DNA from: Sphingomonadales bacterium
GTDB taxonomy: Bacteria > Pseudomonadota > Alphaproteobacteria > Sphingomonadales > Sphingomonadaceae
Length of the DNA: 64,000 bases
Assembly: GCA_018334165.1 (NCBI GenBank)
Contig: JAGXTB010000247.1
Span: 3,690-67,689, forward strand
Direction of reading: 5' to 3'
A program made the position numbers and the translations under genes. The notes below the pieces were generated by a model. It was given only the letters and a program-made list of their open reading frames with translations, was not told the origin of the DNA and ran no database searches. Below, piece after piece: positions 28,496-39,221 of this stretch; the first letter of the stretch is position 1; each line of letters opens with the position of its first letter.

Positions 28496-29092
28496 TCAAA
28501 AACTCCAGCTCTTGGGTGCGGCGAATTCAGCCAGCACGGGGATGCCAATGTCGGGCAGCGGCGCAAGCTGCACTGCGCCTCCAGCCTTGGTGCCCTTGGC
28601 GAGGCTGGTCACCCCGCGCCGGGCCAAACCGGTCACCACCCGTCCGCCTTCGGCGAGCGCCGCAACCAGAGAGGCGGGCAAATGCTCGATCGCGCCATCG
28701 ATCAGCAGCAGGGTGAAACCGACTGATCCCGGCTTACCAGCGGCGGCCTCGGCCGCGCTCGCGACTTCGACCGACGCCCCCATGGCTTCGACCAACGCCG
28801 GCAGGTAGTTGCTGCCGCAGCTGACCACCAGCACCCGTTCGCCCGGCTGCGGTGCGGCTTCGGCCAGCATTTTGCCCTGGACCAGCGGGGCGGGCAGGGC
28901 GTGCCCGTCACCCAGCGGAATCGCCCGGTCGATATAGGCGTGGCCGCGCGCACTGGCGGGCACGAAGTCTTCGCGGGCAACCGCGGACATCGCGGCCAGC
29001 ACGGCCTCCTGGTTGACCCCGCTGACGCGCAGCTGGCTGTCGATCATCGCCCGGCGGGCGGCGGAACTATCGATCGCAGTGGCAACAGTCAT
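28496..29092 (-). CDS. pcm: Protein-L-isoaspartate O-methyltransferase family protein
   Basis: RRAMIDSQLRVSGVNQEAVLAAMSAVAREDFVP N-terminus; sits upstream of tolC as in other alphaproteobacteria. Confidence 0.8.
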   Translation of the reverse strand: MTVATAIDSSAARRAMIDSQLRVSGVNQEAVLAAMSAVAREDFVPASARGHAYIDRAIPLGDGHALPAPLVQGKMLAEAAPQPGERVLVVSCGSNYLPALVEAMGASVEVASAAEAAAGKPGSVGFTLLLIDGAIEHLPASLVAALAEGGRVVTGLARRGVTSLAKGTKAGGAVQLAPLPDIGIPVLAEFAAPKSWSF

Positions 29093-29255
29093 GAATTCAG
29101 GCCCTTTTCGCGCACTGTATTACACACACAAAACAGTTAGGCAACCACCCGGCGAGCGGCGCCCGGCTTGCGCCCGGCCGCGCGGAGCGGCTTTGACGAC
29201 AAGGCTGCCTAGCGCCTATGGGGGCCGGGCTGCCAGTTCAAGAGGAATTCGGACC

Positions 29256-30776
29256 ATGACCGACCGGGTGACCATCCGCGAAGAGGATCTGATCGAAAGC
29301 GTTGCCGATGCGCTGCAATACATCAGCTATTTTCACCCGATGGATTACATCCGCGCGCTGGGCGATGCCTATGAAGCCGAACAGGGCCCCGCGGCCAAGG
29401 ATGCGATTGCCCAGATCCTGACCAACAGCCGGATGTGCGCCGAAGGGCACCGGCCGATCTGCCAGGACACCGGGATAGTCAACGTTTTCGCCCGATGGGG
29501 CCAGGATTGCTGGCTCGATTCGAAACTGTCCTTGCAGGACGTGGTCGATGAAGGCGTGCGCCGGGCCTACCTCAACCCCGAGAACAAGCTGCGCGCCTCG
29601 GTGCTGGCGGACCCGGCCTTCACCCGCCGCAACACCCGCGACAACACCCCGTGCGTGCTGCATGTGACCATGGTGCCGGGCAGCAAGGTTTCGATCGATG
29701 TCGCGGCCAAGGGCGGCGGCTCTGAGAACAAGTCGAAGTTCAAGATGATGAATCCCAGCGACAACATCGTCGACTGGGTGATCGAGATGTTGCCGCAGAT
29801 GGGCGCAGGCTGGTGTCCGCCGGGCATGCTGGGGATCGGGATCGGCGGCACGGCCGAGCATTGCATGCTGCTGGCCAAGCAATCGCTGATGCAGCCGATC
29901 GACATGGCGCAGCTGAAGGCACGCGGTGCGAAGTCCGATACCGAAGCGATGCGGATCGAGATCTTTGACCGGGTCAACGCGCTGGGGATCGGTGCGCAGG
30001 GGCTGGGCGGGCTCTCGACCATTCTCGACGTCAAGATCCTCGATGCGCCGTGCCATGCCGCGGGCAAGCCGGTGGCGATGATCCCCAACTGCGCCGCTAC
30101 CCGCCACGCGCACTTCACGCTCGACGGCTCGGGGCCGACCTTCCTCGAAGCCCCCAAGCTGGATGAGTGGCCCGATGTTCAGTGGACCCCCGACAAGGCC
30201 GCCAAGCGGGTCGATCTCGATAAACTCACCGCTGAAGAGGTGCGCGGCTGGAAGCAAGGTGACCGGCTGCTCCTGAATGGCAAGATGCTGACCGGGCGCG
30301 ACGCTGCGCACAAGCGGATCCAGGATATGCTCGCCAAGGGCGAAGAACTGCCGGTCGATTTCAAGGGCCGTGCGATCTACTACGTCGGTCCGGTCGATCC
30401 GGTTCTCGGCGAAGTGGTTGGCCCTGCGGGACCCACCACCGCGACCCGGATGGACAAGTTCACCACGATGATGTGCGAGCTGGGCCTCTTGGTGATGATC
30501 GGCAAGGCCGAGCGCGGCCAGGGCGCGACCGAAGTGATCGCCAACAGCAAGACCGCCTACCTGATGGCAGTCGGCGGCGCAGCCTATCTGGTCAGCCGCG
30601 CGATTCGCGAAGCCAAGGTGGTGGCTTTCGAGGATCTGGGGATGGAAGCGATCTACGAGTTCACGGTCGAGGACATGCCGGTCACTGTCGCGGTCGATTC
30701 GGAAGGCAACAATGTCCACCAGCTCGCTCCGCTGGTCTGGAAAGAGAAGATCGCGCGCGAAAAGCTGCTGGGTTGA
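29256..30776 (+). CDS. fumA: Class I (Fe-S) fumarate hydratase
   Basis: ORF 29013..30776 trimmed to ATG at 29256; ICQDTGIVNVF motif; 506 aa. Confidence 0.93.
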   Translation: MTDRVTIREEDLIESVADALQYISYFHPMDYIRALGDAYEAEQGPAAKDAIAQILTNSRMCAEGHRPICQDTGIVNVFARWGQDCWLDSKLSLQDVVDEGVRRAYLNPENKLRASVLADPAFTRRNTRDNTPCVLHVTMVPGSKVSIDVAAKGGGSENKSKFKMMNPSDNIVDWVIEMLPQMGAGWCPPGMLGIGIGGTAEHCMLLAKQSLMQPIDMAQLKARGAKSDTEAMRIEIFDRVNALGIGAQGLGGLSTILDVKILDAPCHAAGKPVAMIPNCAATRHAHFTLDGSGPTFLEAPKLDEWPDVQWTPDKAAKRVDLDKLTAEEVRGWKQGDRLLLNGKMLTGRDAAHKRIQDMLAKGEELPVDFKGRAIYYVGPVDPVLGEVVGPAGPTTATRMDKFTTMMCELGLLVMIGKAERGQGATEVIANSKTAYLMAVGGAAYLVSRAIREAKVVAFEDLGMEAIYEFTVEDMPVTVAVDSEGNNVHQLAPLVWKEKIAREKLLG

Positions 30777-30854
30777 CACTTCGACCAACGCCCTGTGCGC
30801 TTCGACCAAGCCGCTGGTCATTCGGGTGCGGCATCGGCTAACGCTGTGGGTGCA

Positions 30855-32048
30855 ATGGAACAACAGTCGCTCCAACCCGCGCGGGTCCCCGCCCGCACCG
30901 TGCTTGCCTCGATTGCGGGGCTTTGGCTGTGTTACCTGGTCCTGATCTCGCTACGCTCGGCGCTGCTCGATCAGACCCATTTCTGGGAAATGCTGGGCCT
31001 GCGCTCGTTTGTGACCCTGGCCGGGATCGTGGTGACTGCGATGGCATGGTCGATCCTGCGGCTGTTCGACCATCGCCGGGTCGGGGTGCGCATGGTGATT
31101 GCCGCAGGAGTGATGCTGCCCGCGGCGCTGGCGCTGGCAGTGATCAACACCCAGGTCTTCAAGGGGATCGACAAGCGCACTTTCAAGGAAATGCGCAACC
31201 CCAGCGAAGTCCAGATCCGCCATGACACGGCCGGCAATGTCCTGGTCGATGTGCCCGATCCGCCCGAACTGACCCCCGCGCAGTTGGCCGAACTGCAGAA
31301 GAAATTCGCCGAACAGGGGCTGTGGCGGCAACTGACCGATATCGCGATCGGCCGCTATTTCCTGCTGCTGGCCTGGGCCGCACTGTACTTCGCGATGGTC
31401 AATGCCGAACAGGCCCGCGCGGCCGAGCGCCGCGAGGGTGAGTACAAACGCGCAGCCAAGGCGTCCGAGCTCAGATCGCTGCGCTATCAGGTCAACCCGC
31501 ATTTCTTGTTCAACACGCTGAATTCGCTTTCGGCACTGGTCATGACTGGCAAGGGCGCGGCGGCCGAGCAGATGATCCAGACGCTGTCTTCGTTCTACCG
31601 CCGCAGCCTGGCCGAAGATCCGACCGGCAACGGCACGCTCGATCAGGAAGTGGCGCTGCAACGCGCCTATCTGGAAATCGAGGCGGTGCGGTTCCCCGAA
31701 CGGCTGCTGACCCACTTCGATATCCCCGCCGCGCTCGAGGATGTTGGGGTCCCCGGCATGATCCTGCAGCCATTGGTCGAAAATTCGGTCCGCTATGCCG
31801 TTACCCGGACCAGCAAGCCGGTGACCGTGACGATCGCCGCGCGCGAGGAATATGGCCGACTGGTGATCGAGGTCAGCGACAATGGCCCCGGCGCCGACAA
31901 GGCCGCCAAGGGTTTCGGGATCGGGCTTGCCAATGTCCGCGACCGGCTGGCCGCGCGCTATGGCGAAGAAGGCAGCCTGACCTCGGGTCCGGCCGAGGGG
32001 GGTGGGTGGCGCTCGGTCATTCGCCTGCCGCTGGAACGCCATGGCTGA
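30855..32048 (+). CDS. LytS-type sensor histidine kinase (His_kinase/HATPase)
   Basis: N-terminal transmembrane segments; QVNPHFLFNTLNSLSALV motif; GFGIGLANVRDRL. Confidence 0.85.
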   Translation: MEQQSLQPARVPARTVLASIAGLWLCYLVLISLRSALLDQTHFWEMLGLRSFVTLAGIVVTAMAWSILRLFDHRRVGVRMVIAAGVMLPAALALAVINTQVFKGIDKRTFKEMRNPSEVQIRHDTAGNVLVDVPDPPELTPAQLAELQKKFAEQGLWRQLTDIAIGRYFLLLAWAALYFAMVNAEQARAAERREGEYKRAAKASELRSLRYQVNPHFLFNTLNSLSALVMTGKGAAAEQMIQTLSSFYRRSLAEDPTGNGTLDQEVALQRAYLEIEAVRFPERLLTHFDIPAALEDVGVPGMILQPLVENSVRYAVTRTSKPVTVTIAAREEYGRLVIEVSDNGPGADKAAKGFGIGLANVRDRLAARYGEEGSLTSGPAEGGGWRSVIRLPLERHG

Positions 32049-32772
32049 GCCCGCTGTGCTCTCAACTCTGGTGGTCGATGACGAACCGCTGGCGCTGGAG
32101 CGGATGGAACATATCTGCGCCGGCCTGGCGCAGCTCAGAGTTGTTGGCACCGCCCGCGATGGCACGTCAGCGCTCGCCGCAATCGAACAATTGCAGCCCG
32201 AGCTGGTTCTGCTCGACATGACCATGCCCGAGCTTGACGGGCTGGCCGTGGCCCGCGCGCTGACCCGGCGTGAGCAGGCCCCGGCGGTGATCTTCGTTAC
32301 TGCGCATGACAATTTCGCGGTCGAGGCCTTCGATCTCGACGCGGTGGATTATGTCCTCAAGCCGGTCACGCCCGAACGGCTCGAACGCGCGATCGCCCGG
32401 GCTGTCGCCCGCCGCTCGATCCGCGAGCGCGGCGAAGCGGAATGGCTGAGCGAGTTCTGGGTGCCTTACCGTTCTGAACTGCTGCGGATCGCCGCTGCCA
32501 ATGTCGACCGGATCGATGCCGAACGCGATTATGTGCGCTTGCACGTCGGGCAACGCAGCTATCTGCTGCTCCAGACTGTCTCCGGGCTGGAGGCCAGGCT
32601 CGATCCCGAACGCTTCATCCGCCTCCACCGCTCAACCATCCTGCGCCGCGATCGGATCACCGGCCTGCGCCACGATGGGCTGGGGGTTTGGTCGGCCGAG
32701 CTTGACGACGGCACCCAAGTGCGAATCGGCCGAACCTATCTTTCGCGTGCCAAGGCGATGGCGGGGCGCTAA
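32041..32772 (+). CDS. LytTR family response regulator
   Basis: Receiver domain (LVVDDEPLALE, LLDMTMPELDG) plus a C-terminal LytTR region (FIRLHRSTILR). It overlaps the kinase stop by 8 nt. Confidence 0.9.
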   Translation: MAEPAVLSTLVVDDEPLALERMEHICAGLAQLRVVGTARDGTSALAAIEQLQPELVLLDMTMPELDGLAVARALTRREQAPAVIFVTAHDNFAVEAFDLDAVDYVLKPVTPERLERAIARAVARRSIRERGEAEWLSEFWVPYRSELLRIAAANVDRIDAERDYVRLHVGQRSYLLLQTVSGLEARLDPERFIRLHRSTILRRDRITGLRHDGLGVWSAELDDGTQVRIGRTYLSRAKAMAGR

Positions 32773-32787
32773 TACCGGGTCCGAACC

Positions 32788-33054
32788 ATGGCCCTGATCT
32801 TTCTCTTCATCCTCGGCATCGGCAATTTCGCCGCGCACAAGGCCGTGCTCGAAAGCCACCATCCGCTGCTCGAACGGGTGCCGCTATTCTACCAGCTGCT
32901 GGGCGGGCGTTTTTCGCTGCTGGTCGAATTTGCCATGCTGCTTGGGGCGATGCTGATGGTCGCGCAAGGCTCGTTTGGCTGGGCGCTGTTCTATGGCGTC
33001 TACACCGCTTTCAACGCGTTTTCGGCCTGGCTGATCATCAGCGGGCGGATCTGA
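32788..33054 (+). CDS. Small integral membrane protein, unknown function
   Basis: 88 aa with about three hydrophobic helices; 15 nt after the response regulator gene. Confidence 0.5.
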   Translation: MALIFLFILGIGNFAAHKAVLESHHPLLERVPLFYQLLGGRFSLLVEFAMLLGAMLMVAQGSFGWALFYGVYTAFNAFSAWLIISGRI

Positions 33055-33782
33055 TGGTCACCCTGCTCCATGTCAGCGATCTGCATTTCGGCGCTGAAGA
33101 CCGCGATGCGCTCGATTGGTTCGCCCAGGCGGTCCGGCGCGAACGGCCCGCTGCAGTGCTGTGCACCGGCGATCTGACCATGCGCGGATCGGCGCGCGAA
33201 TATGCCCTCGCCCAGGCCTGGCTAGCCAAGCTGCCGGTGCCGGTCGCGCTGGTGCCGGGCAACCATGACGTGCCTTACTACCACCACATGGTCCGCCGCC
33301 TGACCACGCCCTATGCCCGCTACCGCGCGCTGGAGGCGAGCATGACTGCGCCGGACCTTCCAGGGATTGCCGTGGTCCCGCTCAAGACCATTGCCCGCGC
33401 CCAGCTCAGGCTCAACTGGTCGAAGGGGCGGGTCAGCAACCGCGATCTCGATGTGACCGCCCAGGCGCTGGAACGCCAGCGTGACCGGCCCTTGCGGATC
33501 GTGATCGGGCACCACCCGCTGGTTGATGCCGATACCGATAGCGCTGGTTCCACGCGTGGCGGCAAACGCGCGTTGGCCGCGCTGGCGCGGGCCGGGGCAC
33601 AGGTCGTGCTTTCGGGTCATGTCCACGATGCCTTCGACATGACCGTCGAGGCCGATGGTTTGCCAGTGCGGTTGATTGGCGCGGGAACCCTGTCGCAGCG
33701 GCTGCGCTCCACCCCGCCCAGTTTCAATAGGCTGGTCTGGGACGGCGAAGTGCTCAAGGCAGAACAGCAGAGCCTCTCCTGA
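33054..33782 (+). CDS. Metallophosphoesterase
   Basis: LLHVSDLHFG, GDLT and GNHD motifs. Confidence 0.8.
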   Translation: MVTLLHVSDLHFGAEDRDALDWFAQAVRRERPAAVLCTGDLTMRGSAREYALAQAWLAKLPVPVALVPGNHDVPYYHHMVRRLTTPYARYRALEASMTAPDLPGIAVVPLKTIARAQLRLNWSKGRVSNRDLDVTAQALERQRDRPLRIVIGHHPLVDADTDSAGSTRGGKRALAALARAGAQVVLSGHVHDAFDMTVEADGLPVRLIGAGTLSQRLRSTPPSFNRLVWDGEVLKAEQQSLS

Positions 33783-33792
33783 AACCAAAAAG

Positions 33793-33823
33793 GGCGGCCC
33801 CGCGGGACCGCCCTCTTGTTTTC
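33793..33823. terminator. Putative bidirectional rho-independent terminator
   Basis: The gggcgg / ccgccc stem is flanked by aaaaa on the left and tcttgtttt on the right. It lies between convergent genes. Confidence 0.5.
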
Positions 33824-33838
33824 CAGAAATTCGAAGGA

Positions 33839-34324
33839 TTAGCGCTTCGAGAACTGGAAGCTCTTGCGGGCCTTGGCCCGGCCGTACTTCTTGCGTTCGA
33901 CCACCCGGCTGTCGCGGGTCAGGAAGCCGGCGGCCTTGACCACACTGCGCAGCGCAGGCTCAAACTTGGTCAGCGCGGTGGCGATACCGTGCTTGACCGC
34001 GCCGGCCTGGCCCGAAAGCCCGCCGCCCTTGACGGTGGCGATGACGTCGTACTGGCCGGCCCGGTCAGCGACCTGGAACGGCTGGTCGATCACCAGGCGC
34101 AGGGTCGGGCGCGCGAAGTAGACATCCTGGTCGCGGCCATTGACCACGATCTTGCCCGAACCAGGCTTGATCCAGACGCGGGCAACCGCGTCCTTGCGGC
34201 GGCCGGTGGCATAGGCACGGCCCTGGGCGTCGATCTGCTTTTCGCGCAGCGGCGCAGGCGGTGCGGCGGGGGTTTCCGCGGCGACCGACAGGTCGGCCAG
34301 ATCGGTGAGGGTATTGTCAGACAT
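33839..34324 (-). CDS. rpsI: 30S ribosomal protein S9
   Basis: C-terminal ...[22 protein letters not shown]. Confidence 0.95.
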   Translation of the reverse strand: MSDNTLTDLADLSVAAETPAAPPAPLREKQIDAQGRAYATGRRKDAVARVWIKPGSGKIVVNGRDQDVYFARPTLRLVIDQPFQVADRAGQYDVIATVKGGGLSGQAGAVKHGIATALTKFEPALRSVVKAAGFLTRDSRVVERKKYGRAKARKSFQFSKR

Positions 34325-34803
34325 CAGGCACCCACCTTGTTCTTGCGATTGAGGGCAGCAACGTCGAGCGGCTGGGGCTGGGTGCCCGCATGCGGATGCT
34401 CGGCACCGGCGTAGAGGTGAAGCGCACGCATCTGGTTGCGGCCGAGCGGTCCACGCGGGATCATGCGTTCAACCGCCTTTTCGAGCACGCGCTCGGGGAA
34501 GCGGCCGTCGAGCACCTTGGCAGCGGTCACTTCCTTGATCCCGCCGGCATAACCGGTGTGCTTGTAATAGGTCTTTTCGCTGCGCTTGTTGCCCGTGAAC
34601 TTCACCTTGTCGGCGTTGATCACGACCACATGGTCGCCGCAATCGACGTGGGGGGTGAAGCTCGGCTTGTGTTTGCCGCGCAGGTGGTTGGCAATGATCA
34701 CCGCGAGGCGGCCGACCACCAGACCATCGGCATCGATCAGATGCCAGTTCTTTTCCACCTCGGCCGGTTTGATCGACCGGGTGATCTTGCTGAGCGCCTT
34801 CAT
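34324..34803 (-). CDS. rplM: 50S ribosomal protein L13
   Basis: [15 protein letters not shown] motif. Confidence 0.95.
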   Translation of the reverse strand: MKALSKITRSIKPAEVEKNWHLIDADGLVVGRLAVIIANHLRGKHKPSFTPHVDCGDHVVVINADKVKFTGNKRSEKTYYKHTGYAGGIKEVTAAKVLDGRFPERVLEKAVERMIPRGPLGRNQMRALHLYAGAEHPHAGTQPQPLDVAALNRKNKVGA

Positions 34804-34960
34804 GGCCAGCTTTCCTCTATTCTTAAGGAGTGATTCTGCGTGTTCCGCGCGATTCGGGACGGGCCCAATTCACGCGAAGGCGCGCCCTTTCGGCGAAAGG
34901 GGCGGACAAGTCAAGCTTTTGCGGGGCTTTGCCGAGAGGTAAAATAATACCGCGCAGAGA

Positions 34961-35695
34961 TCAGAGAGCGCCGGCCTGGAAAGTCCAGATCTCGCGCGAC
35001 ACCCTTCTGGTTCCGGCCAGCAAGGTCACGACCGTGCGCTCGATCGAGCTTGGCAGGCCGCAGGGCAGCAACGTATCGACCCTGGTCACAACCTCGATCC
35101 GGCCTTCCGCACCGCCTGCCAATGCCACGGTTCGCGACTGGCGGTGTTCGCCTGGCGGGATCCGCAACAGATCGACCGGCCAAGGTGATCTGGGCTGGGC
35201 CTGCAGCGCCTGAGAAACGAACCGGGTACCCAATTGCAAGTTCTCGCTGGGCATGCCGGTTCCGGCCAGGACCGCCGTTGCCCGCGTGGTCATTTCGTCG
35301 CGCGCACGAAGATCGGCCTGACCGCTTACCTGGCCGGCAAGGATCGTGCCGCTTGAATCGATCCGCACGGGAAACATCCCGGTGTCTTCGCGGCGGCGCT
35401 CAACCTCGGCCAGACCGTTCAGCAATGGCGGTACATCGACGCTGACGTCGACCAGCTTTCCATCCAGCAGAAAGCCGCTCTCGGCCGGAGCGAAGCGGAC
35501 CGCATAGCGGCGGGTGACTTTGATCTGCTTGCCATCCGACAGTTCGCGGATGACAGTTCGCGACAGGATCAGCTGTTCAAAGGGCGGCGCGAATCGGGCC
35601 TGCGGCCCAGAGACATCGGCCCGGGCCAGTTCAACCGGTGCCAGTGCAGTCAGCAGGACTGCAGCACCGGCAAGCAGACACGCCCGCGCGCTCAT
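34961..35695 (-). CDS. Secreted hypothetical protein
   Basis: 244 aa with signal peptide MSARACLLAGAAVLLTALAPVELARA; no family recognised. Confidence 0.5.
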   Translation of the reverse strand: MSARACLLAGAAVLLTALAPVELARADVSGPQARFAPPFEQLILSRTVIRELSDGKQIKVTRRYAVRFAPAESGFLLDGKLVDVSVDVPPLLNGLAEVERRREDTGMFPVRIDSSGTILAGQVSGQADLRARDEMTTRATAVLAGTGMPSENLQLGTRFVSQALQAQPRSPWPVDLLRIPPGEHRQSRTVALAGGAEGRIEVVTRVDTLLPCGLPSSIERTVVTLLAGTRRVSREIWTFQAGAL

Positions 35696-35971
35696 GCGGC
35701 GAGCTCTTGCGCCAGAACAGGATGCGGATGCGTTCCACCAATCCGCGCGAAAGCGGAATTGGACAGAGTCGCCGCACCATCAATCGGCATGCCGGCCTCC
35801 TAAGCCCTTGTCCCCAGCCAGTTCAATCGTCCGGCTCGATCGCCGAAACCGCAATATTGGCGCAGGCTGGGAGCGTTTCGTCAAGTAATTGTACCGATGT
35901 CCCGGCACCTGGACAATCGTACAGTTTCGCCCTCGCTCAGGTCGAGAAAGTAAACCATTGAGAAAAATAGA

Positions 35972-37018
35972 CTAGTTATGTTCAAGTCGATGTGCACCCC
36001 AAACTGTGGCGAGCACCAGCAAGGCCCCGGTCAATTGGTGCAGCGCAGCCAGCCACAGCGCAACTCCGCTCCAAACAGTCGCGATTCCCAGCAGGATCTG
36101 GATCCCAAAGGCACTATGGATCGCGATCGAGGCGCGCCGGTCGAGCACTCGCAGCTTGCGCGCCAGCACGATCAGGATCGCGACCACCACCCAGGCCCAC
36201 CAGCGGTGAATGAAGTGAACCAGATAAGGGTCGCTCACCAAGGCATGCAAGATACCCTGCGACCAATCGATTCCGGCCGGAACAAATTGCCCCTGCATCA
36301 GCGGCCAGGCGTCCCAGTTGAACCAGTTGCCACCCGCGACCGGCCCGGCCCGAATACCCGCCTGCAAGGCGCCATAGATCAACTGCAGCGCCAGCGAGCC
36401 CAGCGCCAGTGCTCCCCACAAGGTCATCCTGGCCTTGCCCTCGCCACGTGCGCGGGCGCGCAGGTCAAGCGCGGTCCAAGCCAGGGCGGACAGGGTAATC
36501 AAGGCCAGCATCAAGTGGGTCGCCAGCCGCAGGTGGCTCACCTTGACATCCTGCGTCAGCCCCGATGTGACCATCCACCAGCCGACCGCGCCTTGCAGCC
36601 CGCCCAGTGCCAGCAGCCCAAGCAGCCGCGGCTTGAACCCGTCGGGAATCGCCTTCTTGGCCCAGAACCAGGCCAGCGGCAGCGCAAAGGCCAGCCCGAT
36701 GACGCGCCCCAGCAGCCGGTGGAACCATTCCCAGAAGTAGATGTACTTGTACTCGTCCAGCGTCATTCCGGCCGGGCCGTTGACTTCGGTGTACTGCGGG
36801 ATCTGCTTGTAGGCCTCGAACTCGGCTTGCCAGTCGGCCTCGTTCAGCGGCGGCAAGGTGCCAGTGACCGGTTGCCATTCGGTGATCGAAAGCCCGCTTT
36901 CAGTCAGCCGGGTGATCCCGCCGACCAGCACCATGAACACTACCAAAGCGGTCACCGCCCACAGCCAGCGAGCCAGCGCCAGCGGGCGGGCGGTTGCTTG
37001 AATCGATGTGGCTGACAT
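35972..37018 (-). CDS. ctaA: Heme A synthase (COX15/CtaA)
   Basis: Trimmed to ATG at 37018; GGITRLTESGLSITEW motif; polytopic membrane protein. Confidence 0.9.
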   Translation of the reverse strand: MSATSIQATARPLALARWLWAVTALVVFMVLVGGITRLTESGLSITEWQPVTGTLPPLNEADWQAEFEAYKQIPQYTEVNGPAGMTLDEYKYIYFWEWFHRLLGRVIGLAFALPLAWFWAKKAIPDGFKPRLLGLLALGGLQGAVGWWMVTSGLTQDVKVSHLRLATHLMLALITLSALAWTALDLRARARGEGKARMTLWGALALGSLALQLIYGALQAGIRAGPVAGGNWFNWDAWPLMQGQFVPAGIDWSQGILHALVSDPYLVHFIHRWWAWVVVAILIVLARKLRVLDRRASIAIHSAFGIQILLGIATVWSGVALWLAALHQLTGALLVLATVWGAHRLEHN

Positions 37019-37111
37019 GGGCGTTCCTCTGCGACGACGCGCGGCAAAGCGCAAGCATCAAACGGCGAAAGACCGCACTTGCCCCTTGATAGACGATACA
37101 ACGTCACATAC

Positions 37112-37492
37112 ATGCACCGCGTGCGTGACGCTTTGGTCTTGATTCGCAACCGGCTGGACCGGGTTGGCGTGCTCCTTTCGGGGCTTTGCGCGCTGCATTG
37201 CCTGGCCGGGCTGTTGCTGGTCGTGGGTCTGGGGCTGGGCGGTGGTGTGTTGATGGCCCCGGTGATTCACCGCGTCGGCCTGGCACTGGCGATCGGCGTT
37301 GGCGCAATCACTCTGGTCATGGGCGTGGTCCGCCACGGTGATCCGCTGCCTTTGCAGGTTGGCGCGGCGGGCATCGCCTTCATGGCCTTTGCGCTATTCG
37401 TCGGACACGGAACCGAAGAAGCGGTGCTGACGATCCTTGGCGTTGCCTTGCTGGCATGGGCGCATCTGCGCAACTTGCGCCATAGTCTCTGA
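37112..37492 (+). CDS. MerC-like membrane protein
   Basis: [10 protein letters not shown] motif and four hydrophobic segments; the start was chosen at ATG 37112. Confidence 0.5.
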   Translation: MHRVRDALVLIRNRLDRVGVLLSGLCALHCLAGLLLVVGLGLGGGVLMAPVIHRVGLALAIGVGAITLVMGVVRHGDPLPLQVGAAGIAFMAFALFVGHGTEEAVLTILGVALLAWAHLRNLRHSL

Positions 37493-37508
37493 TTGCTATG
37501 GGCGGGGC

Positions 37509-38489
37509 ATGACTGCCCAGCTTTCCCTGACCGTAAACGGCGAACTCCGCCACGCTGCACCCGGCTCTGTGGCCGACTTGGTGCGTTGTCTCGAACTCGA
37601 TCCGGCCAAGGTCGCGGTTGAGCGCAATGGCGCAATCGTGCCGCGCTCGACGCTCACCGATGTCGTACTGGCGGATGGCGATGTGCTGGAGATCGTCCAC
37701 TTCGTCGGTGGTGGGCAGGGCGATGACACCTGGACTGTCGCCGGCCGGACCTTCCGTTCGCGGCTGATTGTCGGCACCGGCAAGTACAAGGATTTCGAAC
37801 AGAACGCCGCTGCGGTCGAAGCCGCGGGCGCCGAAATCGTCACGGTCGCAGTGCGCCGGGTCAACGTCAGCGACCCCAAGGCCCCGATGCTGACCGACTT
37901 CATCGATCCGAAGAAGATCACCTACCTGCCCAACACTGCCGGGTGCTTCACTGCCGATGACGCAATCCGCACCCTGCGGCTGGCGCGCGAGGCCGGCGGC
38001 TGGGACCTGGTCAAGCTGGAAGTGCTGGGCGAGGCGCGCACGCTCTATCCGGACATGCGCGAAACGCTGAAGGCCTGCGAAGTTCTGGCGGGTGAAGGCT
38101 TCCTGCCGATGGTCTATTGCGTCGATGATCCGATCGCGGCCAAGCAGCTGGAAAGCGCGGGCGCGGTCGCGGTGATGCCGCTGGGCGCGCCGATCGGTTC
38201 GGGGCTTGGCATCCAGAACCGGGTTACGATCCGCCTGATCGTCGAGGGTGCTTCGGTGCCGGTGCTGGTCGATGCCGGGGTCGGCACCGCCAGCGACGCC
38301 GCGGTGGCGATGGAGCTGGGCTGCGACGGGGTCTTGATGAACACCGCGATCGCCGAGGCCAAGGACCCGCTGCGGATGGCCCGGGCGATGAAGCTGGCGG
38401 TCGAGGCCGGGCGCCACGCTTATCTGTCGGGCCGGATGGCGACGCGCAAATATGCCGATCCGTCGAGCCCGCTGGCGGGTCTTATCTAG
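37509..38489 (+). CDS. thiG: Fused sulfur-carrier ThiS / thiazole synthase ThiG
   Basis: Residues 1-69 are ThiS-like and end ...EIVHFVGGG (GGG codons at 37707..37715). The frame continues without a stop into ThiG ([19 protein letters not shown]...). Confidence 0.85.
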   Translation: MTAQLSLTVNGELRHAAPGSVADLVRCLELDPAKVAVERNGAIVPRSTLTDVVLADGDVLEIVHFVGGGQGDDTWTVAGRTFRSRLIVGTGKYKDFEQNAAAVEAAGAEIVTVAVRRVNVSDPKAPMLTDFIDPKKITYLPNTAGCFTADDAIRTLRLAREAGGWDLVKLEVLGEARTLYPDMRETLKACEVLAGEGFLPMVYCVDDPIAAKQLESAGAVAVMPLGAPIGSGLGIQNRVTIRLIVEGASVPVLVDAGVGTASDAAVAMELGCDGVLMNTAIAEAKDPLRMARAMKLAVEAGRHAYLSGRMATRKYADPSSPLAGLI

Positions 38490-38511
38490 ATTCTGTTCCG
38501 CTCGCGCGGAA

Positions 38512-38615
38512 GCAACACCGGCCCCCTCCCGGCCACCCACATCCTGGGGTTACCCTATGGGTGGCCGGAAGGGGAGCGGGCCGGTGTTGCGCCTGTTTCA
38601 GCTTGTCTGAAACAG
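38512..38615. repeat. Composite GC-rich palindromic repeat, family B copy 3
   Basis: gcaacaccggccccctcccggccaccc pairs with its inverted arm. This is followed by cctgtttcagcttgtctgaaacag, the same architecture as 8769..8877. Confidence 0.8.
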
Positions 38616-38618
38616 ATT

Positions 38619-39221
38619 CTAGAAGCTCTTGCGCAGGGTGATGATCACAAACCGCGATTCGCCGCCCTCATAGCCGCGCCCTTCGCCGGTTTCGGTTTCG
38701 ACTTCGGCCCAGTCACCGGCTTCGGCATAAAAGCCGCGCAGTTCCGCTTCGCTGGGGTAGTTGTAATAGCGCCCCAACCGGTCGCGGCCTTCGCCCCCGG
38801 CGGTCTTGTAGGTCGCAACATGCCAGCCGCCCGGTTTGAGCGCCCGCCAGACCCGCTCCAAGATGCCGACCAGCCCGGCACGCGGGACATGCAGCAGCGA
38901 ATAGGCGGCAACCACGCCGTCATAGGCCTCCACCGCATCCAGCTCGTCGAAGCGCATCACCCGCACCGGACGGCCCAGCCGGGTTTCGGCCTGGGCGGCC
39001 ATCTCGGGCACCCCGTCGCTGGGCTCGACGCTAAAGCCCAGCGCCTCCATATGCGCCGCATCGCGCCCCGATCCGCAGCCCAGTTCCAGCACCAGCGCGC
39101 CGGGGGCCAGCCGCTCAAGAAACGGATCAAGGTGACGTCCGATCCCGCCCGGGCCGCTGGCGGCATAGTTGGGCGCTTCGCTGGCATAGAAAGCCAGGGT
39201 CGCTGGATCGAATTCGGCCAT
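38619..39221 (-). CDS. Class I SAM-dependent methyltransferase
   Basis: VLELGCGSGRDA motif I. Confidence 0.8.
   Translation of the reverse strand: MAEFDPATLAFYASEAPNYAASGPGGIGRHLDPFLERLAPGALVLELGCGSGRDAAHMEALGFSVEPSDGVPEMAAQAETRLGRPVRVMRFDELDAVEAYDGVVAAYSLLHVPRAGLVGILERVWRALKPGGWHVATYKTAGGEGRDRLGRYYNYPSEAELRGFYAEAGDWAEVETETGEGRGYEGGESRFVIITLRKSF

Noticed and set aside
37440-37508. Possible TPP riboswitch upstream of thiS-thiG
   Set aside because: The gap after the preceding gene is only about 16 nt. No THI-box-like conserved elements (for example a ctgaga core) are visible.
38484-38622. agattct 7-mers flanking family B copy 3, as possible target-site duplications
   Set aside because: The match is only 7 bp, is not seen around the other two copies, and the motif also occurs elsewhere (for example 10587 and 15323). 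It is probably chance.
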